From contig PLXZ01000004.1 of assembly GCA_003151615.1 (NCBI GenBank), positions 239,441-303,440 on the forward strand: DNA of 64,000 nucleotides, written 5' to 3'. The DNA is from Candidatus Tayloriibacteriota bacterium (lineage in GTDB: Bacteria > Patescibacteriota > Minisyncoccia > Phycocordibacterales > PALSA-1337). A model generated the notes under the pieces. It did no database searches. It was given only the letters and a program-made list of their open reading frames with translations, and had not been told where the DNA came from. Position 1 is the stretch's first letter. Each line of letters opens with the position of its first letter. Shown one piece after another: positions 1-9,941 of this stretch. The position numbers and the translations under genes are program-made.

Positions 1-751
1 AAAAATGCTCGGCCCCCGTGTGGTCGTCGGCGTTCCGTCCGGCGTGACGAACGTGGAAATCCGTGCGGTGCGCGATGCGACAAAAAATGCCGGCGCGCGC
101 GAGGTTTTCATTGTCGAGGAGCCGATGGCCGGAGCAATCGGCATCCGACTTCCGATTCACGAGCCGGTCGGAAGCATGGTTATCGACATTGGCGGGGGAA
201 CGACTGACATTGCGGTCATTTCCCTCGGCGGAATTGTCCGTTCGAAAAATCTGAAAATCGCCGGCGACAAACTCAACAACGACATCATTTCGTATATAAG
301 GAACGAATTTAAAATTTTGATCGGCGAAAAAACGGCTGAACACATTAAAATGGCCATTGGCCAGGTCGTGCCGAAAGAGCCTCTCGAAACAACCGTCCGC
401 GGACGCGATCTTATCACCGGTTTGCCGCGCGAAGTTGTCATTACCGATTCTGATATCCGCGAAGCCATGGCCCAGTCGATTGAAACATTGGTCGATGCGG
501 CAAAAGAAGTTCTCGAAACAACTCCTCCAGAAATCCTCTCCGATGTCATGCACCGCGGAATCTATTTGGTTGGCGGTGGGGCATTGATAAAAGGCCTCGA
601 CACTCTCATTTCCGAATCGCTCCGCATTCCGGTTCATATTGCTGATGATCCTTTGACCGCAATTGCCCGCGGCACCGGCATTATCCTCGAAGATCTCGAA
701 AAATATGCCGAGGTTTTGATACAAAACGAAGATGAACTACCAACGCACTAA
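1..751 (+). CDS. mreB: Rod shape-determining protein MreB (5' end outside window)
   Basis: Actin-like ATPase motifs DIGGGTTD and LVGGGA; followed by mreC, mreD and PBP2. Confidence 0.97.
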   Translation, partial: KMLGPRVVVGVPSGVTNVEIRAVRDATKNAGAREVFIVEEPMAGAIGIRLPIHEPVGSMVIDIGGGTTDIAVISLGGIVRSKNLKIAGDKLNNDIISYIRNEFKILIGEKTAEHIKMAIGQVVPKEPLETTVRGRDLITGLPREVVITDSDIREAMAQSIETLVDAAKEVLETTPPEILSDVMHRGIYLVGGGALIKGLDTLISESLRIPVHIADDPLTAIARGTGIILEDLEKYAEVLIQNEDELPTH

Positions 752-1682
752 ACCCGCGTCGAAACGCGTCACGAAAATAATCATCGCAGTTGGGGTTTTC
801 CTAATACTCCTGCGCCTCGTAGCTCCACACGTGTTCGCCGCATTTTTCGCGGACGTTTTTTCGCCGCTGTGGAGATTTGAAAATGTAATCGTGCGTTCAG
901 TCGTTCCTCAAAATCAAATTGTATTTTCTTCCGATTCTTCATTCGCTTCGTCAACGGTCGCCGACCTTTTGCAGGAAAATAATGATTTGAAGAATATGCT
1001 CGGGCGGTCAACAGCATTGACGCTGCAAAATTCCGTCGTCGCAGCTGTACTCTCCAAGCCTCCTTTCTCGGCCTACGACAGTCTGATTGTGGATGCCGGG
1101 TCGAATCAAGGGGCGCAAGTAGGCGACAAGGTGTATGCTCTGGCAAACCCGGTCGTGTATTCGACTTCAGCCGATCTTCCGTCTTCAGCTTCGACGACTG
1201 TTGTGACATCGTCCGTCTCCGCGTCGACTTCTCAAAAAAAATCCGCGACAGCGACAGCATCAGTGCCGGCGACTTCAACAGTTCAGTCTGGAACTGCCGC
1301 AAATCCGCAAATTGAAATTCCGATAGGGCAGGTGGCGCTGACGTTCGGCGATACTTCAATAGTCACCCTTTTTTCATCGCCCGGACAAAAATATCCCGTC
1401 GAAATCGGTTCGTACCATATCGCGGCAACAGCTCTTGCGACTGGTGCAGGTATGTTCGAGGCGATGGTGCCGAATAATTCAAACATAGCTGTCGGCGACC
1501 CCGTCATAGTTCCGAGCATTCAAACCGGCGTTTTCGCGTCAGTTGTTTCAGTTGTTTCCGATCCTGCGCGCCCCTATTCTCTCGTCATTTTCCAGAGCCC
1601 CGTTAATCCGTTCTCCCTTTATTTTGTCGAGATACAAAAAGCCGCCCTGGCCGTGAATCCGGCCGTTACCAAAACGAAATAG
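732..1682 (+). CDS. mreC: Rod shape-determining protein MreC with Ser/Thr-rich insertion
   Basis: N-terminal TM, short coiled coil (LLQENNDLKNML), 'IVDAGSNQGAQVGDKV' motif; position after mreB. Confidence 0.88.
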   Translation: MNYQRTKPASKRVTKIIIAVGVFLILLRLVAPHVFAAFFADVFSPLWRFENVIVRSVVPQNQIVFSSDSSFASSTVADLLQENNDLKNMLGRSTALTLQNSVVAAVLSKPPFSAYDSLIVDAGSNQGAQVGDKVYALANPVVYSTSADLPSSASTTVVTSSVSASTSQKKSATATASVPATSTVQSGTAANPQIEIPIGQVALTFGDTSIVTLFSSPGQKYPVEIGSYHIAATALATGAGMFEAMVPNNSNIAVGDPVIVPSIQTGVFASVVSVVSDPARPYSLVIFQSPVNPFSLYFVEIQKAALAVNPAVTKTK

Positions 1683-1683
1683 T

Positions 1684-1953
1684 ATGTCGCAGAAAATTGT
1701 AAAAAGAATATGCGCGGGAGTCCTGATGGTCCTGCTTGTCGCCTGGGCGCCCTGGTGGATTATCGTCATTGCCGCAGCCGCGTTTCTTTTCGTGTATAAT
1801 TCATATTACGAGATCATCCTGTGGGGGTTGTGCCTGGACGAATTGTACGGAGCCGCGTACCCTCTGCCGTATTCGCTGTCCGCGACGCTGATAGCCTGCA
1901 TCGCGCTCGTCGCCGCATATTTCCTGAAGAAGCGTCTCGCGTTTTATAAATAA
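1684..1953 (+). CDS. Small membrane protein in the mreD position
   Basis: 89 aa, almost entirely hydrophobic, 'GLCLDELYG' motif; synteny. Confidence 0.65.
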   Translation: MSQKIVKRICAGVLMVLLVAWAPWWIIVIAAAAFLFVYNSYYEIILWGLCLDELYGAAYPLPYSLSATLIACIALVAAYFLKKRLAFYK

Positions 1954-1955
1954 TT

Positions 1956-1994
1956 CGGAGTGTCCGCATAAGTGTTACCTTACCCTTAAAAACT
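1956..1994 (+). repeat. Family C intergenic motif, copy 1
   Basis: ggagtgtccgcataagtgttaccttacccttaaaa; shares CATAAGTGT...CCCTTA with 9871, 26490 and 30271. Confidence 0.5.
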
Positions 1995-3776
1995 TTGTCC
2001 GCATTTTCAAAAAAATACGCCAAAAAACAAAAGCATAACCGGGAAATAAATCCCGACGAGATTTTCATGGACTCGAAAAATATCTCGGATTTCGACACGG
2101 ACCAGTTCGAGGGGCGCCTCGAAAAACCGATCTCGACTTTTGCCATGCTCGGCATCGGGATTTTTTTTGCGCTGATTGTCCTGGTGTTCATGTCGAAGCT
2201 GACCATGCTTCAGGTTGTTCATGCCGGGGAATACACAACGCTCAGCGAAAACAATACCCTCCGGTCGACGCCGATTTTTGCCGCGCGCGGCGTGATATAT
2301 GACAGAAATGGGGTGGAGCTGGCGTGGAATGCTCCGTCAATTCCGGCAACGGCCACATCAACCGCATCGAGTTCGTCCGCGGACATAGACGCGTCCGGCG
2401 AATCCGTGCCGACCCGCGAATACACTGATTTGCCCGGATTGTCCCATACCCTCGGCTATGTACAGTATCCGTCAAAGGATTCCAGCGGATTTTATTATCA
2501 GGAAGATTTCGACGGCGTGGCCGGAGCTGAAAAATATTTCAACTCGATTTTGACCGGACAAAACGGACTGAACCTTATTGAGGTCGATGCCCGCGACCAA
2601 GTTCAATCGGAAAGCACGGTCCGTCCGCCGCAGGAGGGGACGAACGTGACTTTGTCCGTCGACTCAAAAGTCCAGAGCGAACTGTATTCAGCCATCGTTG
2701 ACATCGCCGGCAAGAGCGGATTTACCGGCGGCGCGGGAGTGATTATGGATGTTCACACTGGCGAAATTATTGCTGACACCAGCTATCCGGAATACAGTTC
2801 CGAAGCGATGTCTTCGAAAACAAATGCAACGCTTCTGTATTCCTATTTCAACAATCCGAATCATCCGTTTCTTGACCGGGTGACGCAGGGTCTCTACGTA
2901 CCCGGTTCGATCATAAAGCCGTACATGGCGCTGGCGGCCCTCGACGATAATGTCATTTCGCCGACCACAATCATTCAAGGTACGAAATATATTTCAATTC
3001 AAAATCCCTACGATCCGACAAAATCGACGATTTTCAACGACTGGCAGGTGCAGGGTCCCGAGGACATGTACAAGGCCATCGCCGAATCTTCCGACGTTTA
3101 TTTTTATGAAATCGGCGGCGGATACAAAAATCAGAAAGGCCTTGGCATCACCAAAATAGACAAATATATTCCGATGTTCGGCTTCGGTGCGCCTGTTGCC
3201 GCGAATACCGACGGTTTGCCCGACACCGACAGGGAAGGTTCTTTTTTTGCGAGTGCATCCGGCACCATCCCTTCGCCCGCATGGAAGGCCGCCACATTTG
3301 GCGGTGAACAATGGTATTTGGGAGACACGTATCACACTTCCATCGGCCAATACGGCTATCAGGTTACGCCTATTCAGGCAGTGCGCGGCATGGCATCGAT
3401 TGCCAATGGCGGAACAGTTTTGAATCCGACTATTATCAAAGGCGATCAAGGAACGATTGCGCAGACGGTTCCGATTCCGGCCGCCGATTTCCAGGTGGTG
3501 CGCGATGGCATGCGGCAGGGTGCCGAATCGGGCGTGACCGATGCCTTGAACTTGCCATTCGTGCAGGTGGCTTCAAAATCCGGTACGGCCCAATTGGGAG
3601 TCCGGCTTCAATCGGTCAACTCCTGGATTACCGGTTTCTGGCCATACAACAATCCGAAATATGCTTTTGCCATTTTGCTCGACAACGGCCCTTCGACCGA
3701 AACCGTTAACGCAACCAATGCCATGGTCGAGGTTTTGAACTGGATGAATACGAACGCTCCTAGCTACTTCCAATAA
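1995..3776 (+). CDS. mrdA: Penicillin-binding protein 2 (class B transpeptidase); start uncertain
   Basis: RGVIYDRNG, SxxK (SIIK), SSD and KSG motifs; lies in mre operon. Confidence 0.93.
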   Translation: MSAFSKKYAKKQKHNREINPDEIFMDSKNISDFDTDQFEGRLEKPISTFAMLGIGIFFALIVLVFMSKLTMLQVVHAGEYTTLSENNTLRSTPIFAARGVIYDRNGVELAWNAPSIPATATSTASSSSADIDASGESVPTREYTDLPGLSHTLGYVQYPSKDSSGFYYQEDFDGVAGAEKYFNSILTGQNGLNLIEVDARDQVQSESTVRPPQEGTNVTLSVDSKVQSELYSAIVDIAGKSGFTGGAGVIMDVHTGEIIADTSYPEYSSEAMSSKTNATLLYSYFNNPNHPFLDRVTQGLYVPGSIIKPYMALAALDDNVISPTTIIQGTKYISIQNPYDPTKSTIFNDWQVQGPEDMYKAIAESSDVYFYEIGGGYKNQKGLGITKIDKYIPMFGFGAPVAANTDGLPDTDREGSFFASASGTIPSPAWKAATFGGEQWYLGDTYHTSIGQYGYQVTPIQAVRGMASIANGGTVLNPTIIKGDQGTIAQTVPIPAADFQVVRDGMRQGAESGVTDALNLPFVQVASKSGTAQLGVRLQSVNSWITGFWPYNNPKYAFAILLDNGPSTETVNATNAMVEVLNWMNTNAPSYFQ

Positions 3777-3783
3777 TACCTTC

Positions 3784-3880
3784 CACATTCGTATTTCTTC
3801 GAGATACGGAAGTTTTGGGGCTCAAAACTTCCTCACCTCGGACCGTCGTCCTGCGACAGGTCTCTCAGAATACGAATGTG
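3784..3880 (+). repeat. Family A branched-hairpin element, copy 1
   Basis: Outer stem cacattcgtatt/aatacgaatgtg; inner hairpins ggaagttttg-GGGCT-caaaacttcc and ggac-CGTC-gtcc. Confidence 0.8.
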
Positions 3881-3938
3881 TACAGCCTTATTGGAAGTGG
3901 TTGGAACTATGGACTTCCGTGTTTCAAAAATACATCGT

Positions 3939-4027
3939 CATCATGCAAATGCGAATGCGAAAATCTCGGGTCATGTTTAGAGCCATATTTTGTGCTAAAG
4001 AAATGTTAAATTCGCATTTGCATGATG
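3939..4027 (+). mobile_element. Family B MITE-like element, copy 1
   Basis: 18-bp terminal inverted repeat CATCATGCAAATGCGAAT around a 53-bp core shared with 18591 and 27080. Confidence 0.75.
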
Positions 4028-4166
4028 GTGATATTTAGAAGGCATCGATCCGAAGCTCAGCTTTATGTTTTCAAGATCATCTGCTCTCCACAATGGAGCC
4101 GATTGCGAAACCCATTTTTAAATGCTATAATGACACTTCAATTACATTATTTATTTATCGCGAAAC

Positions 4167-4634
4167 ATGACCGAAGAAAAACAATATCTCACAAAGGAAA
4201 AGTACCAGGAGTTTAAAAAGGAACTCGAAGACCTCCGCACAAATCGCCGCAAGGAAGTGGCGGAAAATTTGGAGTATGCGAAGAAGCTCGGCGACCTTTC
4301 CGAAAATGCCGAATATCAGCAGGCTCGTGAGGAACAAGCCAGCGTCGAGGACCGCATTAACCATCTCGAACAGGTTTTAAAAACCGCTGTCATTTTGAAC
4401 GACCGTCACAGCGACAATGTCGGCATCGGTTCGACGGTGAAGGTAGAAAAAACAGGCGACAAAGAGGCCCACACCTATAAAATTGTCGGTTCGGAAGAGG
4501 CCGACATGGCAGAGGGTAAAGTTTCAAATTTGTCGCCGCTCGGCGCCGCCCTTATCGGAAAAAAGAAAGGCGACATTTTATCGGTCTCGACTCCGAAAGG
4601 AAAAGTTTCGTATACGCTTATCAGCATCGAATAA
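4167..4634 (+). CDS. greA: Transcription elongation factor GreA
   Basis: GDLSENAEY and SPLG motifs. Confidence 0.97.
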   Translation: MTEEKQYLTKEKYQEFKKELEDLRTNRRKEVAENLEYAKKLGDLSENAEYQQAREEQASVEDRINHLEQVLKTAVILNDRHSDNVGIGSTVKVEKTGDKEAHTYKIVGSEEADMAEGKVSNLSPLGAALIGKKKGDILSVSTPKGKVSYTLISIE

Positions 4635-4667
4635 CACCGGCGGCCTGGCCGCTTAAATGCTTACACA

Positions 4668-6167
4668 ATGGCCTCTCTAGAAGAAATTCGCGCAGCACGA
4701 CTTCATAAACTGGAGCTTTTGAAGAAAGCGGGCATGGAGGCGTATCCGTCGAAGGTTCCGCGGACTTTTTGCCTGGAAGACGCGCGAAAAAGTTTTGAAA
4801 AATATGCAAAATCGGGCGAAGAGGTTTCTGTGACGGGACGCATCATGGCAATTCGCGGACAGGGTGCGATTTTGTTCGTTGTTCTCGATGACGGCAAAGG
4901 GAAGTTTCAGGCGGTTTTCAAAAAGGACGCGTTCGAGGCCGTAGGTGGCGAAGGCAATCTGCAAGGTCTCGGTCTTTTCAAATTGTTCGGCGATGCCGCC
5001 GACATCGGCGACTTCATTTCTGTCACCGGAACATTTTTCAAAACGGAACGTGGCGAGGAAAGCATTTTGGCGAAATCATGGACGATGGCTTCGAAATCGC
5101 TCCAGCCTCTGCCGGAAAAATGGCATGGCATTCAGGATGCGGACGAACGTTTCCGCAAGCGCTATCTTGACTTCATCATGAATCCGGAATTGCGCGATAT
5201 TTTTGTAAAGAAGGCGAAATTCTGGGATGTTACCCGCACGTTTTTAAGAGACCGCGGATTTTTGGAAGTGGAAACGCCGACACTCGAGGTGACGACCGGC
5301 GGCGCCGAAGCCACTCCTTTTAAAACACATCACAATGATTTTGATTTGCCGGTCTACTTGCGCATCTCAGTGGGGGAATTGTGGCAAAAGCGTCTGATGG
5401 CAGCAGGCTTCCAAAAAACATTTGAAATCGGCCGCGTATACCGAAACGAGGGATCGAGCCCGGAGCATGCGCAAGAATTCACGAACATGGAATTTTATTG
5501 GGCGTATGCCGACTATGAAGACGGCATGAAATTAATCACCGAACTTTATCGTACCATCGCGAAAGAGGTTTTCGGCACGACCAAATTTACGACCGGCGAC
5601 TTTACGTTTGATTTGGCCGATGAATGGACGCGAATCGACTACGTAAAAGAAATTGAAAAACAGACGGGTGTCGACATTTTGACCGCAAGCGAAAAAGACA
5701 TGAAGAAAAAACTCGACGCGCTGAAAGTCAAATACGACGGCGACAATCGCGAGCGCCTAACAGACACGCTCTGGAAATATTGCCGCAAAAATATTGCTGG
5801 TCCAGCTTTTCTCATCAATCATCCGATTCTTGTTGCGCCTTTGGCGAAAGAAGTTAAAGATGAAAAAGGAAAACTGCAGGCAATTGTCCAAATGTTCCAG
5901 CCAATCATTGCCGGAAGCGAAGTTGGCCGCGGATATTCAGAATTGAACGACCCGATCGACCAGGCCGCGCGTTTTGCCGCGCAGGAAAAACTTTTGAAGG
6001 CCGGCGACAGCGAAGCCATGATGTCGGACAACGAATTTGTTGAGATGCTTGAACATGCCATGCCGCCGGCCTGCGGTTGGGGACACGGCGAACGTCTTTT
6101 CGCCATTCTCACCGGAAAAACTCTCCGCGAAACGCAACTTTTTCCATTGATGAAGCCGAGGGAATAA
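4668..6167 (+). CDS. lysS: Lysine--tRNA ligase (class II)
   Basis: OB fold, RKRYLD, FLEVETP, GGAEATPFKT, YRNEG. Confidence 0.96.
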   Translation: MASLEEIRAARLHKLELLKKAGMEAYPSKVPRTFCLEDARKSFEKYAKSGEEVSVTGRIMAIRGQGAILFVVLDDGKGKFQAVFKKDAFEAVGGEGNLQGLGLFKLFGDAADIGDFISVTGTFFKTERGEESILAKSWTMASKSLQPLPEKWHGIQDADERFRKRYLDFIMNPELRDIFVKKAKFWDVTRTFLRDRGFLEVETPTLEVTTGGAEATPFKTHHNDFDLPVYLRISVGELWQKRLMAAGFQKTFEIGRVYRNEGSSPEHAQEFTNMEFYWAYADYEDGMKLITELYRTIAKEVFGTTKFTTGDFTFDLADEWTRIDYVKEIEKQTGVDILTASEKDMKKKLDALKVKYDGDNRERLTDTLWKYCRKNIAGPAFLINHPILVAPLAKEVKDEKGKLQAIVQMFQPIIAGSEVGRGYSELNDPIDQAARFAAQEKLLKAGDSEAMMSDNEFVEMLEHAMPPACGWGHGERLFAILTGKTLRETQLFPLMKPRE

Positions 6168-6192
6168 CTGAGTTCTTGTTCACTCGAAAAAT

Positions 6193-6219
6193 AAAGCCCT
6201 TTAAATAAAGGGCTTTTTT
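6193..6219 (+). terminator. Intrinsic terminator after lysS
   Basis: aaagcccttt-aaat-aaagggcttt followed by T tract. Confidence 0.75.
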
Positions 6220-6235
6220 AGTTATCCACAGTCGC

Positions 6236-6295
6236 TGTGGTACACAAAAATGGGAAAGTGGTATAAAATGGTCAGTAAGTGGGATAAAGTAGGAA
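6236..6295 (+). promoter_or_regulatory. Putative MraZ operator repeats; a TTATCCACA DnaA box lies at 6222-6230
   Basis: TGG/TAG cores at 6259, 6269, 6280 and 6290 (~10-bp spacing) upstream of mraZ, resembling known MraZ-binding repeats. Confidence 0.6.
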
Positions 6296-6347
6296 ATTGA
6301 TAAAAAACTGATTTCCGAAATTTCCCGCTTGAATCGCAAAAATTCAT

Positions 6348-6794
6348 ATGCTGATCGGCGAATATTCCCACAACTTCGACGACAAGAGCCGCATTTCGCT
6401 TCCGGCAAAATTTAGAAAAGAAATGGGGTCGAAAGTCGTCATCGCGCCGGGGATAGATAACTGTCTCTTTGTTTTTACGATGAAGGGATGGAAGGAATTC
6501 GCGGAGCGGCTTGTGAATCCGGATTCGGCTTCGGTTCTGCGCACGGACAACCGAAACTTCAACCGCCTGATCATCGGTCGGGCCATGGAAGTGGAGGTCG
6601 ACAGCGTCGGACGAATGCTCGTTCCGGAACATCTGCGCGATCATGCGACGTTGACGGGGAAGACCGCAATCGTCGGCATCATGAACCGGGTGGAAATGTG
6701 GAATGCGGACGTTTGGGAAACATACCGCGCTGAATACGGCAAGAAAACGGACATTTTGGCCGAAAAGCTTGTATCGGCAGGGATAAATCTCTAG
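6348..6794 (+). CDS. mraZ: Transcriptional regulator MraZ
   Basis: DDKSRISLP and DSVGRMLVP repeats; precedes rsmH. Confidence 0.96.
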   Translation: MLIGEYSHNFDDKSRISLPAKFRKEMGSKVVIAPGIDNCLFVFTMKGWKEFAERLVNPDSASVLRTDNRNFNRLIIGRAMEVEVDSVGRMLVPEHLRDHATLTGKTAIVGIMNRVEMWNADVWETYRAEYGKKTDILAEKLVSAGINL

Positions 6795-6795
6795 C

Positions 6796-7749
6796 ATGAA
6801 CGAAATTCCGCAAACCGAAAGCGTCCACACAACAGTTCTTTTACATGAATCAATTGACGGTCTGGCCATTCGGCCCGGGGATATATATCTCGACGGGACG
6901 CTTGGTGCGGGCGGGCACGCTGAACTCGCGGCAAAAGTTGCGGCGGTTCAGGGTGGATCAATTACCATAGTCGGTCTCGATCAAGATGAAGGAGCACTTG
7001 CACGAACGAAAAAACGTTTGGAAGGGCTTGGCGCAAAACTATTTTTAATACAGCAGAATTATCGGAATCTTGATCAGGCGCTCGATTCGATCCAGCCAAA
7101 GGGCGAAACAGCCATGAAGGCCAACCGCATCATGCTCGACCTTGGACTTTCTTCGGACCAATTTGAAACGTCGGGCAGGGGATTTTCATTCCAGAAAAAC
7201 GAACCTCTGCTCATGACGTTCAAGGAAAATCCTGATCAGAAGATCACGCCGGGAGGCGCTCCTGACCTGACCGCAAGGCAGATCGTCAATACGTGGGATG
7301 AAGAAAATATCGCAGACATCATTTATGGATACGGTGAAGAGCGATATTCGCGAAAAATCGCCAAGGGCATCGTGGAAGCGAGGGCCGTGAAGCCGATTGA
7401 GACCACATTCGATCTCGTCGAAATCATCAAAAACTCGACGCCATCGCGATATGCTCACGGCAAAATCCACCCGGCCACCCGAACTTTTCAGGCATTGCGC
7501 ATCACGGTCAACGATGAAATCAATGCGTTGAAGGAAGGCCTCGAAAAAGGATGGGAACGGTTGGCACCGGGCGGCAGAATGGCAGTCATCTCATTCCACA
7601 GCATCGAAGACCGCATCGTCAAACATTTTTATAAGTCGAGAGAAGGGGCAACGGTCGTAACAAAAAAACCTCTCACGGCATCCCATCAGGAAATTTCAGA
7701 AAATCCGCGGTCAAGAAGCGCAAAATTAAGAATCATTGAGAAGTTATAG
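6796..7749 (+). CDS. rsmH: 16S rRNA m4C1402 methyltransferase RsmH
   Basis: DGTLGAGGH, HPATRTFQALRI, NPRSRSAKLR. Confidence 0.97.
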   Translation: MNEIPQTESVHTTVLLHESIDGLAIRPGDIYLDGTLGAGGHAELAAKVAAVQGGSITIVGLDQDEGALARTKKRLEGLGAKLFLIQQNYRNLDQALDSIQPKGETAMKANRIMLDLGLSSDQFETSGRGFSFQKNEPLLMTFKENPDQKITPGGAPDLTARQIVNTWDEENIADIIYGYGEERYSRKIAKGIVEARAVKPIETTFDLVEIIKNSTPSRYAHGKIHPATRTFQALRITVNDEINALKEGLEKGWERLAPGGRMAVISFHSIEDRIVKHFYKSREGATVVTKKPLTASHQEISENPRSRSAKLRIIEKL

Positions 7750-7776
7750 CATCGAAAAAAATTAACAGCACATTAT

Positions 7777-8130
7777 ATGACACAAGCAGCACAAGCAATA
7801 GCACAAAACATACAGCAGGCGTTCCGATACAGGGAACGCATCGCTCTTTTGCTGATTGGCATCATTGCAATTTCCGCGGCTGCCTATGTCTATTATGTGC
7901 GTGAAGCCGTTCTCAATGTCGTCGCGCGCCAGCAGGTCTCAGCCGCAATACAAACGGATAATACGGCTGTCAGCAATCTTGAAAACCAATATTTCGTACT
8001 TAAAAACTCAATCACCATGAATATGGCATTGGCTGAAGGTTTTGAGCCGGCAAAAGTAAGCGCATTTATTCCGGAGAATTCAGATACGAATGGAGCGACG
8101 GGCCTTGCGTATAATGAAATCCAACACTAA
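7777..8130 (+). CDS. FtsL-like cell division protein
   Basis: Single TM plus coiled coil, between rsmH and ftsI. Confidence 0.65.
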   Translation: MTQAAQAIAQNIQQAFRYRERIALLLIGIIAISAAAYVYYVREAVLNVVARQQVSAAIQTDNTAVSNLENQYFVLKNSITMNMALAEGFEPAKVSAFIPENSDTNGATGLAYNEIQH

Positions 8131-9868
8131 TTCAGTTCTCCGGATACGGCTCATTCTTTTGTGCGTTTTCCTGTTCGCGCTTGTTCTGGTGGCGAAACTT
8201 TACGACGTGGACATAGTCCATGGCAATCTGTATGCGCAGGAAGCGAACCATCAATATGTGAAACCCGACACCACGATTTTCGATCGGGGTACTATTTTCT
8301 TTACTTCAAAGGACGGCACGCAGGTTGGAGTCGCGACAGTGCAGAACGGCTTTACCGTGGCGGTCAATCCGAATCTCATGACCGATCCGTCGACGGCGTA
8401 TACGGCACTCGCAAAAGTTTTTGCGGAATCGACCAGCACGCCTGCGCCGGCACTTCTCGACAAGGCCACATTTTTGAAACGCACTTCGAATAAAAATGAA
8501 GTATATGTCGAAGTGGCCGACAAGGTTAACAATGATACCGGCATGGCGGTCCAGGCTTTGGATATTCCCGGCGTTTCCATTTATCAAAACGACTGGCGTT
8601 ATTATCCCGGCAACAAGATGTCCTCGCAGGTTATCGGCTTGGTGGGCGAACAGGCATCGACTACGGACGTCGTCGGCCGTTATGGTTTGGAAAGCTATTA
8701 CAACAATATTCTGAACAGAAATACGAATTCGATTTATGTGAACTTTTTCGCGGAACTTTTCGGTAATATAAAAAATACGGTCGAGAGTCAACCGCAAGAA
8801 GGGAATATCGTCACGACGCTTGATCCCACGGTTGAAAACTATGTCGAACAGCAAATGGTGGCGACGGAAGGTATCTGGCATCCCGATGAGATTGGCGCCA
8901 TTGTCATGGATCCTTCGACGGGTTCGATTTATGCCATGGGACATTTGCCTGATTTTAATCCGAATGACACCAGCGATGTGACCAATCCTGCGGTTTTCTC
9001 CGACCCTCTCGTCGAACATGTATATGAAATGGGATCGATCATAAAGCCCCTGACGATGTCGGCCGGCATTGATTCAGGCGCCATTACTCCGACTGAAACG
9101 TATGACGATACCGGCTGTATAACTGTCAATGGAAGCAAAATCTGCAACTACGACTTCAAGGCCCGCGGCGTCATTCCGATGCAGCAGGTTTTAAGCCAGT
9201 CATTGAATGTCGGCGCTTCGTTTATCGCCACCGCCATGGGTTCGACCACCCAGAATAGATATTTTGCCAGTTACGGACTGGGTTCAACCACCGGAATTGA
9301 TTTGCCGAATGAAGCTCATGGAAATATTAAAAATCTGCTTGTGAACCGCCAACTTGAACATGACGAGGCTTCGTTTGGCCAGGGAATTGCCATGTCGCCG
9401 GTTGAAACCGTTCGCGCGCTGGCGACGATTGCAAATGGCGGTCTGCTTGTCACACCGCACGTTGTCAGTCAAATTGACTATTCAAACGGATTGACGAAAA
9501 CGATTGCCGAACCGGCGTCGCCGCGTGTTTTGAAGAAGACGACGACCGACGCCGTAACGCATATGCTCGTTAATGTCGTGGATCAAGTCATGAATCCGGC
9601 CCGTCCGAACACGGTCATTCCGCATTACAGCGTTGCTTCGAAAACGGGTACGGCCCAGATCGCCGATCCTATCAATGGCGGATATTATGCCGACCGCTAC
9701 CTTCACTCGTTCTTCACTTTTTTCCCGGCGTCCAATCCGCGCTTCATCGTTTTCATGTATCAGGTATATCCAAAAGGCGCGCCCTACGCCTCCGACACGC
9801 TGACCGATCCGGTTTTCAATATCACGAAATTTCTGATAAACTACTACAATATTCCGCCGGATAGGTAG
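8090..9868 (+). CDS. ftsI: Peptidoglycan transpeptidase FtsI/PBP3 (start may be 8114)
   Basis: RYYP, GLE, SxxK (SIIK), SLN and KTG motifs; dcw synteny. Confidence 0.92.
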   Translation: MERRALRIMKSNTNSVLRIRLILLCVFLFALVLVAKLYDVDIVHGNLYAQEANHQYVKPDTTIFDRGTIFFTSKDGTQVGVATVQNGFTVAVNPNLMTDPSTAYTALAKVFAESTSTPAPALLDKATFLKRTSNKNEVYVEVADKVNNDTGMAVQALDIPGVSIYQNDWRYYPGNKMSSQVIGLVGEQASTTDVVGRYGLESYYNNILNRNTNSIYVNFFAELFGNIKNTVESQPQEGNIVTTLDPTVENYVEQQMVATEGIWHPDEIGAIVMDPSTGSIYAMGHLPDFNPNDTSDVTNPAVFSDPLVEHVYEMGSIIKPLTMSAGIDSGAITPTETYDDTGCITVNGSKICNYDFKARGVIPMQQVLSQSLNVGASFIATAMGSTTQNRYFASYGLGSTTGIDLPNEAHGNIKNLLVNRQLEHDEASFGQGIAMSPVETVRALATIANGGLLVTPHVVSQIDYSNGLTKTIAEPASPRVLKKTTTDAVTHMLVNVVDQVMNPARPNTVIPHYSVASKTGTAQIADPINGGYYADRYLHSFFTFFPASNPRFIVFMYQVYPKGAPYASDTLTDPVFNITKFLINYYNIPPDR

Positions 9869-9870
9869 GG

Positions 9871-9940
9871 CGTCGGCGCGACTAGTGAAGAGTACTTCAC
9901 ATAAGTGTGCCCTTAAGTGTCCGTGAATACACTCCCCTTA
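9871..9940 (+). repeat. Family C intergenic motif, copy 2
   Basis: cgtcgg...gtgaagagtacttcacataagtgtgcccttaagtgtccgtgaatacactcccctta. Confidence 0.5.
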
Positions 9941-9941
9941 G

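Noticed and set aside
3939-4027. Integron attC sites for Family B
   Set aside because: No RYYYAAC/GTTRRRY core ends, no cassette array and no integrase.
3815-4216. Small ORFs over the intergenic repeats (also 18599-18877, 21600-21782, 48063-48281)
   Set aside because: They are translations of palindromic or RNA elements with no coding signature.
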